Below are positions 37,283-48,800 of a DNA stretch of 64,000 nucleotides, one piece after another. The position numbers and the translations under genes are program-made. How positions within the stretch are numbered: position 1 is the first letter of the stretch; every line of letters begins with the position of its first letter. The stretch lies in the NCBI GenBank assembly GCA_964036045.1, contig OZ038379.1:15562001-15626000 (forward strand), in the 5' to 3' direction. This DNA is from Eutreptiella sp. 'Long Island Sound 2002' (lineage: Eukaryota; Protista; Euglenida). The notes under the pieces were generated by a model that saw nothing but the letters and a program-made list of their open reading frames with translations, ran no database searches and was not told the DNA's origin.

Positions 37283-38289
37283 GTGCAACACAAATGACAG
37301 TTGGAGTGGTTGAAGTCACAGATATTGCTTTATTTTGCAACGTGCTTTGTAGGGAAGGTGTGCAGTGCAATGTGGTCTACTTGGGGGGCTTCTCCATGGG
37401 AGGGTAAATCTGGGGCTGAAGTCGGGATAGTTAATACAAAAGTAGCGCGCCGGGCGCGCGCCGGGCAAACATTCCCCCATGGCTCAATGGATCCGTGACG
37501 CTTGGGAGGGGGAGGGGGTTACAATACCCACATAGAGATGCGCCTGCCATGAACGACAAAAGGGGTCATTGGCACAGGCGAATGGCTCAATGGATTTGTG
37601 ACGGTTGGGAGGGGGAGGGGGTTACAATACCCACATACCAATTCTCTTCGTTCCTCTGGATAGATTTTGCCATGTGATGTGGCAGTTGCATGCCGCAGTA
37701 GAGAGCGCCTCCTTAGTCCACATGTATGAGCTCTGGGTCTTCACCCAGTACCTTGTCCACAAGGGATCAAATTGTATCATATAACTGAGTCGCCCAATTT
37801 CCAAGAGCTATCTTGAGTACCGATGAACACTTCGATTCAGCCCCCCCAAAAATGGATCTGTGATGCTTGGGACCGTATCCGTGCCGAGAACATTCTGCAA
37901 GCCACCGGGGCTGCATATTTTTCCAATGGGATGAAACTCGATACCTCGGAGGATATTGCATATTTTGCAGAACAAGCATGTGTGTCCCGTCCGATTCCTC
38001 TGAGGCTTCCACGTCGTGTTTGTCACACTCGTCGGATTGTGAGTCTGATTGTGATTTTGATGACGATTTTGATGGTGATGCATTGTCAGTGCCCACTTCC
38101 TCTAATTGCGACTCACAAGGAATGCCCTACACACATTGTGCACGCAGTGTGCACGCCGTGCAAAAATTTGTACGTCGGTAACTACCCGAACCCTAGTTTC
38201 GGCCGGATATGACATATTTAGATCATTATCCATTTCACCCTGTTGTCACCAATTTGTACCCATTTTCACCCCATTCTACGCTTCCTTGT

Positions 38290-38790
38290 GGCCCCTTGAG
38301 TTGGGGTGATGGACGCTTTGGTTTGGCCTCTCAAGGTGGTATAGTGCGGATATGTGATCTGATGCCGGGAATGTGGGCGGATGTTACGATTTGGGATCAA
38401 CGTGGTCGTTCACGAACGTACTGATAGTTCTTTGATTATGAAGTAGGTAATCATGATGGCGCTTACAAGGGTCGCTTGCACAGTGCTGTACTTTATATCG
38501 GGTGGAAGATTTTGACGGAAGCCCAGCGAGAAAAAAATGATGTGGATGGCTTTTATAGTGCAAGGGTGGGGCACCTTTTTGCTCGCTTGTGGCACTGGAG
38601 GATCGTCCAAAATGTATGGACAAGCTTTGCTGAGCAATTGCACGGTCATGTTTGTATTTTGCAGCATCTGTCTCAACTTTGTGTTGTATGTGTAGACAGA
38701 CCAAGTATGAGCCGTATGGACCTTGGCCTCATGTGCTTGAGTCTGTGTGGGCACCGGACTATGCCACATCAATGTGTCCCTCGGCGGGCA
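38290..38790 (+). pseudogene. Second, more decayed Harbinger-type transposase fragment
   Basis: IVRICDLMPGMWADVTIWD and FDYEVGNHDGAYKGRLH...FYSARVGHLFARLWHW...YGPWPHV align with the 36079-37116 ORF; stops and frameshifts present. Confidence 0.85.
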
Positions 38791-39479
38791 GATGCCTGTG
38801 CTTGGCCAGTTGTGCACTGCGGGCATAAACAATGTGTGTCCTTTCACATTTGGCATGCATTTTGGGGCGTAGTGGGTGGCTCATGCGTCTTGCGTTGGAT
38901 TTACGTGGATGCCCTAACTTGTGTTCTTGTCTGGTGTGTTGACCTTGGTGCATTGTGGGAGTTGTGTGCGCGTGGCGCACGATCAGCGTTGGTGCCCAAG
39001 AGGACTGCGAAGAGAAAGCTTCCGGCGTGGACATGGCCGCCTCAGGTGGTGTTCGACATGGTGACTGCATTACTACAGCAGCAGCAGCTAAGGCCGTGGC
39101 AGTTGGCGTTCTCTTGTCTATAGTGTTTTTGGGTCTTTGCACCTTAGGTGTGGGCATACGGGTCGGGGGAGTGGCACTACACGAGGAGGGGGGGAGGGCT
39201 CGCTTGGTAGGCCGCTGCAGGCCATATGGCCTAGCGGGCGCCCCTAGTTCCCCGGATATAGCGGGAGGAAGTCTGATGTAAACAAACCCGGGTTCCACTT
39301 TCCGCCACCTCAGCTTGAGCTTTGGTTGATGCATGGCCGGAAGTAGGGAGGCTGTGAAGGCCATCCTCAGCAGGCATTCTTGGATGGTTGGGCTCCTGAG
39401 ACTCTCACCGATCTTTGGCCTTCTTCTTCCGCTCAGTTAGTGCAGCTCTCGCTGGCTGCTAAGAGGGCTTGCACACCCA

Positions 39480-40830
39480 CTTGGTTTCACAGTTCTTCTT
39501 GAGGCTCTAGATCATGGGCGGTATTTGGTGTTTGCTTGTAAAGTACGGGTGGATAGGCCAACCACCATGGGTCCCCGTGGTGGGACTGGAGCATCACATT
39601 TGGTCCGCACCCTACTAGGAGGAGAGGCCCCGTCGGTAGGTGCTGTTGCACTATAGCCAGCGCGAGCTTGAGCACCCGAGCTCTTTCTGGTAGTTGGAGA
39701 GTTTCCCCTTTGTACATGGCTTGTGGATCTGATGGAACCGCCCTATTAACGTGTAGCTCGAAGTCCATGGACACTTCCATGAAGGAGACATGGTGCTGTC
39801 CAGGATCCATTGCAAGGCCTCAAGCTAGGCGAGGAGGACTATCACACGATGGCCCTGGCCATCCTTTGAGATCGGGCCAAACGAACAAACGTGGTTATCT
39901 TTGACTAGCGCATGAAAAAAAATGAGAGCACCGAATATCCTTTTAGCCAACTGGTTGGCCCCCTTCATCTATCACTCCGAAGCACATGAAGCGTGCTGAC
40001 TTGCGATGGGATGGGGCCTTTAAGCAAGTCTACCATGAAGCATCTCACCTCATCTTTGAGTTGCCCTTTAGTGCATTTTGTCGGCATTACCCCGCAACTG
40101 TGTAGGCACATTGGCCGCTTCCGTGGCGCCATGGGCAAGCCGATGGCTTGTGCTTTGGCGATTAGCTCGTCTCAGTGTTGCGTTCTTAGATGTGCCCATG
40201 ATCCGCACAGCCAAATGATGTGCTCTTCAGTTTGCACCTGACAGAAGGGGCAGTTCGGACTGGCCCGCGGCTTCCATTCATGTACCCGCTGTGCCGTCCA
40301 CGGCGCTCTTGCTATCCATCCCTGGAGCACTCAAATTCTGTTCCTTGCGAAAGCAGTGTGGTGGTGGCTTCCCTGTACCATGCCACCACGGCAACCCTCC
40401 GTGCCTCAAGAGGACTGGGTTGGGGTTAGGGTTAACCTTGCACAATGCTTGGGAGCTCAGCACGACAGTTACGTAGTACCGATGGTACCTGTGGAAAGTG
40501 TGTTGCGCAGCAGCACACCACCCCCAACTCTCCCGCCCCTGATTGGGATGAGGCTGTACTCTGAGGGACTAATCCGGGACTGCCAAGCTGTGCCTCAGCT
40601 AGCACGGGTGAATGGACATCCACTCTTCCCAATGCAACAGGGGTTGCCCTTGCAGCACCACACCATGGTGTATAGCATGCGATCTAACCGGCAGCAGCCA
40701 CGTGAACCCACGGGGCATGGCCAGGCAACCTTTGAGCAAACATAACCTAGGTCAGCCATGGAGCCTCTTGCTCTGTCGACGCCAAAGGCCCCCTGCCACC
40801 CGACCCTCGGGGAAGCAGCGGTGGGAATAA
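39480..40830 (-). mobile_element. Possible decayed LINE 3' coding remnant with an RNase H-like segment
   Basis: Minus-strand IFGALIFF...CSFGPISKDGQGHRVIVLLA*LEALQWI resembles the RNase H G-x-G...Q...RAEL.A..AL region; many stops. Confidence 0.3.
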
Positions 40831-41005
40831 GTGCCTTTCAAGCCCAAGGGCTATGCTCCTAAATATGCACACACACACACACACTCGCTCTTTTTTTTTT
40901 TATGGGGAAGCCTTTGCACGCAGTGCAAATTTTTTGTATTCCCGGAAGTACTTGGATTCTATTTCAAGCATCACTCTGCTCTCAGTATAAAGCAGCATCA
41001 TGGGT

Positions 41006-41662
41006 TACCATGTCATGGGTCACCATTTGTCCTGGATGGCGGATTCCCGCGGACTACGCTTCCGCCAGTGGCGTACGGCTCTCCTCCCCGAGGCGCGGTC
41101 CACGGTGTCGCGCAAGCTCGCCGCGGCATCCTAGTGTTGGGAGCAGGCACATGTTTCGCTGTCCACCAGCATCCAAGCGGAAGAAGCATCCGAATGGCGG
41201 CATATGTCCCAAGTGCACGCAGTGACCCTTACGGCCTTACGGCGAACGACTTTGTTGGACCCCCCGATGGGACATCCGAGGGGCCACCGCACAGCGCATG
41301 AAGCGCTTGCGGGACGAGAACCCACCCGAGACACACAAGAAACGGAGGACAGAGACGCTGGAGGTTCCTAGTGATCTCCAGGATATGGAAATCCCGCTGG
41401 AGGACATGGGCGATGTCATTGTTTTGACTGGATTGTAACACCCCGAGAGGTCCGGGAGGATGCGCATACCCGTGCAAACGGGGCGACAGGGGTGGGGCAA
41501 GGCGCAGGACTCGTTCCTCCCGCCACCCCGCCGCAGCCGTGTTGGTGAGGGTAGGTCATACCACACCCATACCCAAAGTTGGCCCTGTCACTGACCCATG
41601 ACCTGCTATGTGTACTCTCAATGGACACTTGGTGGAACTTTGGTCACGAGTTAAAAAAAAAA
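41006..41662 (+). mobile_element. 657-bp 5'-truncated retroposed insertion with poly(A) and 19-bp TSD
   Basis: ATAAAGCAGCATCATGGGT at 40987-41005 and 41663-41681; A10 at 41653-41662; a residual frame WMADSRGLRFRQW...DVIVLTGL* looks like an ORF C-terminus. Confidence 0.8.
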
Positions 41663-42262
41663 ATAAAGCAGCATCATGGGTCATGGGCAGATGCAGCCTC
41701 TGCAGAAGATGATGACAATCATGATTGTGTTTTGGTTTTTTTTTGTGCTCCCAGGAGGTCAGTTTTCATGCGTATACATGGGTTCCAGCGGCAAATGTGC
41801 ATGCAGTATGCACACTGCAGTGCACACACAGTAGCATGCTGTACCCACAAAGTGCATGGTTGTCGACTATGCTGACTTCTGATCTGGGACTGTCCCAAAA
41901 CAATTCGACGCAACGTGCGCCAGATCACAACAAACGAAAAAGAAGGATTCAGGCAGGTATCTGGAAGCTCCCGACACCAAACAACGCAACCCGCAATGGG
42001 ACTGACGGAGGAAATAGTAGGATGGAAAAGAGCAGGGGAACCAGGAAGCAGACAAGAGAAGAGCGCCATGAGCAGTGAGGAACGGGAGGCACCACTGAAG
42101 GGGTTTTAGGCTTGTCGCATTGTCCTCTTCTCAGAATGTGATTTGGCTATGGGGCACTGCTGCCGATAAGCTTTTTCACGGGACGTACTGCATATTACAA
42201 TTGGTTTTAAGATCAGCCCTATCTAAGCGTCGACTCTTCGTACACCTTTCACTTCCGCAAAC

Positions 42263-42807
42263 ATGGCTCACCTCTACCCTAATGGGCTCCGCATCGAAAT
42301 TCTTGAGGGAAGGGGCTTGAAGGCAATGGACTTCACAAGCTCTGACCCTTACGTCAAAGTTTCCTACGACAATGACGCCACGCTGGCGCAGACACGGACC
42401 GTAAAAAAAGACAAAAACCCGACATTCAACGAGTGGGTCACCCTTCCAGCCCCTCCTCATGGCTCGTATTTGATCCGGTTCACACTCTGGGATTCCGACA
42501 TCGGGGCAGACGACTGTATGGGAATGGCAGAGATTAACTTGAACGAGCAGTTGCCGGGCCCCCACGAACTGACAATCCGTCCAAGACCTGGCGAGAAGTC
42601 CTACAAGGAGTTGTCTAAGGAGGATGATTTAGGAGTCCTGTCGATCTTCGTCGAGGACCCTGAGTCAAACCCGTCGACCGCAGCACAGCCACAGGCAGCA
42701 ACATATTACTCTGATGTCGGAGAGACGGTCAAGTCGAATCCGCACAGTTTGCCAGATGAAAGTTCGACGTTGCTGGCTTCGAGGCCTGTGGATCTGAAAA
42801 TCATCAG
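42263..42807 (+). CDS. C2 gene exon 1 (C2A)
   Basis: ATG after a pyrimidine-rich tract; gtatgc donor, phase 2. Confidence 0.92.
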
Positions 42808-45800
42808 GTATGCGGCATGACTGGAGTGCTTTCTCATCAGGAATTTTTTCTGGACCCAATGAACAAACATCTTCATCGGTCTGCTTAGGCTGTGGATCCA
42901 CGGTGCCATGAGGTACAGTGCATCTGCCTGGGCTGTGGATCCACAGCTCCGTGCTTGCCTAACTCGACCCTCATGGACAGAAACGGTCGAGTTCTGACAG
43001 TGCAGCGCCGCTGTCGCCAGACAGCTCCCAAAACTGAAAACAATACGGACTGCCGTAGTCCATGTAGTCTGCGGAGAAGGCACTGGCTCTGCAATGCCAT
43101 GCAACAACGAAACTGCCCCTCACTACGAGACGTGCCCTTCCCGTGCCCCATTCCAGGCTGTCCTGAGAGTTGTGTGCCCATCCAGACCAGCATCCCCCGT
43201 ATCCTTCTCCAGTGGCAAAAATCTCATCAAAACCGACATCATTGGCCAAAGTGAACCCTACGTGAAGGTCTTCTACGCCTCAACCGGTGACAAGGGCCAC
43301 GAAGTCTACAAAACGGCTCGCAAGGAGGGCCGCGACGTGTCGTGGCACGAGACCGTGGAGCTGCGACCCCCTGGAGGCGACCAGACGGTGATCTTGCAAG
43401 TGTGGGATGATGACAAGCTGGGGAAGGATGACTTCATGGGACAAGCCGTGGTGTCCATTGCTGAAGCAGGAGAATACACGCTGGATCTGCAGCCCCGCCC
43501 ATGGAACGACAAGGATGCCAAGCTGGTGGACAAGCATGGGAGCCTTGGCCAGTTGATGGTTGCGGTCCATGGGGCGCATTTGGCCAGCCAAACAATCGGC
43601 TATCCCCAGACCAATCCCGCACGCACGGCATCGATGCATTCGCATTCGTCTGCAATGACCTCGGAGCGCCAGAAGTCTTTCACCTCGAAGACGTCCTCCA
43701 AAGGAGGGGAAGTGCCGATGGGGGTCGTGGATTTCACGATCGTCCGGGGCCTGGGCTTGTGCAAGATGGACTTCAGCAAGGGTGCAGACCCATACGTGAC
43801 GATGCAGTTTGAAGGCCAGACAAGCATCGCTGCCAAGACGCAGGTAGTACAACCCCCATGCTGACAAGCGCTGGCTTGGCTGTGCGGCACTGTGGGCCGC
43901 ACTGGATCGCATCGGCCACGGCATTAGGCGATCCCGTTTTCAATGGCACTGTGCATTTCAATGGCTGTCTGCTTGCATTGACGCGCTCCTCTGCCACCAC
44001 CTGAGTCTGGTACAGTGTTAAGAAGGCTGTTGCTGTGGGTGCTGTTCTTCTAGCCTCTGCAGTGCGTACAGTGTGTGAAGAGGATGCACCCCGTCGGTTT
44101 GAGCCAGCGCTGGCTCAGCAGCATGATCCAAATATGTATTTAGATAGAGCGACAGGGGTAATGATGCTGCAGGTTGCCCCATGACATCAACCTCATCCAT
44201 GGGGACCTTGCAACCTCATCCATGGGTATCTTGGTGGTATGCACTGTTTGTGGCACGGTTTTGCACTGTCACGAACACACTACTATATGAACTGATGGCG
44301 ATGCAAGTTGTGTGGCAGGGACGACTGGAGCCTAATGCATGGCGGTATGCCTGACCACTTTACTGCCTCTTGCGGTGGTATGCAGAATGGTCTGGCTTGG
44401 TGCCTGGAGGTGTGCCCCTACCCAGACCTCAGTTGTGTGTGTGTGTGTGTGTTTAGGTCAAGAAAAACACTTTGAAACCAGAATGGCGCCAGCCCTTCCG
44501 CATTCGGATGCCCCCAGCAGACATGGCCCGGCATTTGGTGATGAAGTTCTCGGTCTGGGATGATGACAAGCTTTCAAGTGATGATTTCATGGGTGTGGCG
44601 TACATGCCCATTGGCGCAGGCATGGATGGCACACACAAGTTACAGCTGATGCCCCGCCCTGGAAATGCCAGTGACAAGAAGCTACTGCGGAAGCATGGTT
44701 CGTTGGGATCGCTGATTGTGGAGGTGAAGAGCAACCTGGCAGAGGACTACCCACCCATGCACAGTTCCGATTACCAGGTGTTCTGCTGCAAGAAGAACGT
44801 TGGAAGGAGAGGGAATCTGCCACTGCAACAGCGACTGTTCAACTAGATGCCTGCAGCGAGTCGCGAACTGCAATGGACCAACTGTCAACCACAGTGGGTC
44901 ATTTGCCCAACGGCAATCTGGAAGGGGCGTAATTCAGCCAAGAAAACAAAACAACAAAATGAACAGCTAGTCAGGGACACACACCGTGTCAACGTGCGTT
45001 TAGCCACTTTGAGGGTGTTCTGTGTGCTGTGCACGCGCTGTGTGGAAGAATCTGGCTAGGATATGGAGGACGGAAATATGGGGTTTTTCGGTGAATTAAT
45101 GTCGGATTTCACCGGGGGCAAAAAATCGGCTGTTTTCAAAGTTGCTCCTGGACCATGTGCGATGCCGAAACACTTGTTTTTAGCCCTTTTTTTGGCCTGT
45201 GGCGGCCCGTTTTGGTCCTGTTCTTAACCCCTGCTGTCTCGGGGGCCCACATGTGGGCAAAGTGGCTACATAACCCTTGCCATTTCGGGGGTCCCCAACG
45301 CGCAGCGCAGGGACAAAATCAGAAGTGGCCATTTGACCCCTTCCGTCTCGGGGGCCTAGGGCGATCCGAGACTTGCTCGGTTGGGGGTGGCACGGGTGCC
45401 GTCCGAAGGAAGGGGGGGGGGGGGGTTGGGAAGACGGGTTTCCGTGCCGGCCCCGGTGTTTTATGTTTATTTTGGGGAAAACTGTTGGCGCCAAAGGCGC
45501 TGGGAAATTTTTTGGGCCTCCCGAGGGGAATTTTTTTTTGTTTCACCCGATGTGTCTATGCTCAGAATACCGAGAATTTTGTGGAGAAAACGGGTGAAAA
45601 CCATTACTCTGAAAAACATCCCAACGCTCTACTTGAGCCATCCCAGAGCCTAGCCACATCCAAGTGTTGAGCCAAAAACTCAACGATGGCAGCCCGCGGC
45701 GAGGGTTCCAAGTTGGGACGTGCCCTCGCGAATCTGGCCTGACTATTCCACAATGGGCCTGTCTGAGACCTCGCATGTGTCTCTACATCTCTACACACGT

Positions 45801-48800
45801 CCCGAGGTAAGGTGGATTGTTTACAAATGTGGTTGGACCGGGTTGGTAAAGCGGTCTGGAGCGGCTACTGTTGGTTACAAATGCTTTGGTGTGGGGAAGG
45901 CGAGAACGCCTAGTCGGAGACTCAGCCCATGCAAAGGGGGGTTAAGGTCAGCTCCTCCTTTCAAATGTATCCCTGCCTCCCGCCCTCACTCCCTCACCAA
46001 CTTCCGTTCCTTGGGATACTTGAGACTTCGGGAAGGAAGGCATATTGCAGAGCTGATACACGTTCACAGCAGGGTACAGCATTCTCCCGGCGCCAGGCTA
46101 CAGGAGGTGCACTGAATGTAGAGAGTGGCCCCCTGTGCTTGAGACAAGAGAGGAAGAGCTTCCAGTTTTCATGTGGGACCTGAGGCTGGAGCCTGCATAA
46201 GTCACAAGCTGCTCTGCAGTACACCACTCCAGGTTTCCATTTCGCATTATGGGATGCAACCTGCTTTGTCTCCAATGCATCCCTGATGTGACTGAGCTTG
46301 CGCTGGCACCATATTCGTGTGTGTTTAGAATCTGGATGTCGAGGTCGTTGAGGCCTCTGGCTTGTACTCTGCGACAGCAGACCCCTATGTCCAGCTGCGG
46401 TTTGGCAGGAGACCGCCTGTCGCTAAGACCGTGGCCCACACGAATGATCCCAATCCGATTTGGAAGGAGCATTTCAAACTCTCGGTGCCGGCGGACGAGA
46501 CCATGCTCCTGGTCCAAGTCATGGACCACGATGAGGGCTCCTCTGATGATATAATCGGTGAAGGCCGCATCCGGCTGAAGGGGAACTGCGCTGGAGACCA
46601 TCACCTGGTGTTGGCTTGCCCGGTATGTGGTGCATGCTCGAGAATGCCCTGCCCCCAGCCCCTCCGAGAGTACGGTGGATGTACCACTAGGAGCAACAGG
46701 GGCACAGGGGCACTGGTGCGCACACACATAGGGGGAATGGGAGACAGGGGCACAAGGTCAAAGGGTCACAGGGGCACAGGGGCACAAGGACCCTGCCCCC
46801 CCCTCCATTTCCAACATCATCTGGTGCAGTGAATGACCCCAGTTTCCCCATAATTCGACGAAGCGTACACGCGCTTTTCAGAGGGGGAGGGGCTTCTTAG
46901 TCGGTTGCTGGCCAGCCATGTTGACAGGATGAGGGTCTTTATAAGCTGTTTGGTCGTTCCACTTTGTGTACAGTGCACAGGTGCATGGAAAATTTCGCCA
47001 GGAGAGAAGTGCATGAGAAAATGCTATTGCCTTTTGGCAAGTCTACCCTGCTTCAGCTTGGATCAGACCCCACTCAACCGTGTTCAGGGTGGCATGGGGT
47101 AGGGGTGGGCTTCCAAATCGCTTTTTGGGGGCGATCCGCGCCGACACTGAGGGAATGGGGCATAGTTGGGTGATCGTTTTGTCACATTACAAGTACACAT
47201 AGACCTGTGGACCGCACCATCTACACCCCCTTGGTGGCTGTGCTCACCCGAAAAAAGTCTTCTTTTTGGCCTGTCATCATGGGCACCAGGCTGGGATACC
47301 GTGCTTCGACAAGGATGCGCTAGTGCAAAGGGGTGGGCCCATGCAGCACCACGGAGGCTTTCCCCGACCCGTGCAAAGCCACTTTGTGGCCATTTTGGTA
47401 GGGGTGGGCAAAAATGGGTGTGCGTTGATCCGCACCCAGGTCCAAGCCGAGTTTGTTCTTCAATGCCGAACCCCAGCCAACGGCATGTTTTCCTTTTCAA
47501 GAAAAAGGATGCGTATTTGTCCTCCTTTTTTCCATGTTGCGAAGCTTTTTGGCACACTCAATACCCTCAAGCACTTAGTGAGGGCACAAGTTGGATGGCA
47601 TGGGCCATTTGTTGGTGTCGGGTACTAGTTTTGGCTCAAGTGATCCCGCATCAGCCCACTGTGACGATGAAGACTGCAAAGGCAATGTGTGCACTCTTTC
47701 GTGCATTGCAAAAGGATGCAAGAACAAACACAATCAGGTCCCACTGAGCCATGCATTGCTGAAATCAATTTCACAGTCATCGAAATACAATGTGCGCTTT
47801 TTTACGGGGGGTCGGGGACTTCGTGGCAGGAATTTTTTGTCGTGGGATATTTCGCGTTTCGAATTTGTGTGAAATTTCCCACACAATTTTCAGGCCCTGT
47901 ACAAAATGAACCCGCTTCGAAATTTGGCAAATTTTCTTGTCCAACAGTTGCCTGAGCATTTGGAGATGGGGTACGGTGGAATCTGTGGGTCGCGTGGTCG
48001 TGTACAATGAGGGAGCTGATATGAAGCGCCACAGCAGGACTCATTTTCAGGTGGCATAAGTCTGTTGTGCCCTTCCACAAGAGCTGAAACACAAAAATGG
48101 TTGCCATCAGGATCTGTGACGGGGGATCTCGTGATCATACGTTTCTCAATGCAGTAAGATGTACACGCTGCGAACGTTGCCTGTAGCTTGCTACATCCTT
48201 TGCAGGGAGGGAAAATACCCCTCCACAAATTGGCAGGACTCACCAGCAATGCATCAGGGGTTGGGCGGTGGCAGCAGTGCATCAGAAAATAACAGCAACC
48301 AGCTGGAAGTGACAACAACCGCCAGCAATCAACAGCACACCACCAGGAATTAACAGCAGCCCTCCAGGAATTAATTTGCAGCAGCCACCAAGAAGGAACA
48401 GCAACCCTCCACGACTCACCAGCAACTCATCAGGAAGGAACGACAACGCTTTAGGACTCAACAGCAAAGCATCAGCAAATAACAGCAACCACCACCAACC
48501 AAAGATTGGCTCACAGCATGTGGGTGCAAAAATTTCCCACAGCACATTCAGGACTGCATGCGAAATAAACCTGCTTCGAAGCATCCCATGGCGAAAATTT
48601 CCCGCCGCGAACCCCCCCCCCCCTGTGGGTGTGCGATCTGACTCATTGGAACAGCAATTTTTGGCGTTCTTCTCATTAGAGATGCAGTGTTTCACGACAC
48701 CCTCCGCACTCTTTACACGTTGACCAACTGGGCACATTTGCAGCGTCTGAAGGCAAAGCGGCAAACACTCTCCCTCGACCTCCCTGGTGTTGTCTGTGCA

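Larger units (their letters stand above)
35167..37478 (+). mobile_element. 2312-bp PIF/Harbinger-type (IS5/ISL2EU-related) DNA transposon, 3-bp TSD ATG
   Basis: TIR GGGGGAACGTTAGC / GCAAACATTCCCCC; ATG at 35164-35166 and 37479-37481; the joined flanks match an uninterrupted paralogous site at ~37562-37640. Confidence 0.9.

Noticed and set aside
42215-42262. Trans-splice acceptor upstream of the C2 gene ATG
   Set aside because: An AG and a pyrimidine-rich tract are present but are not distinctive without SL-containing reads
43280-43924. Long antisense ORFs over exons, also 49903-50598 and 59017-59307
   Set aside because: They are shadows of GC-rich coding sequence on the opposite strand
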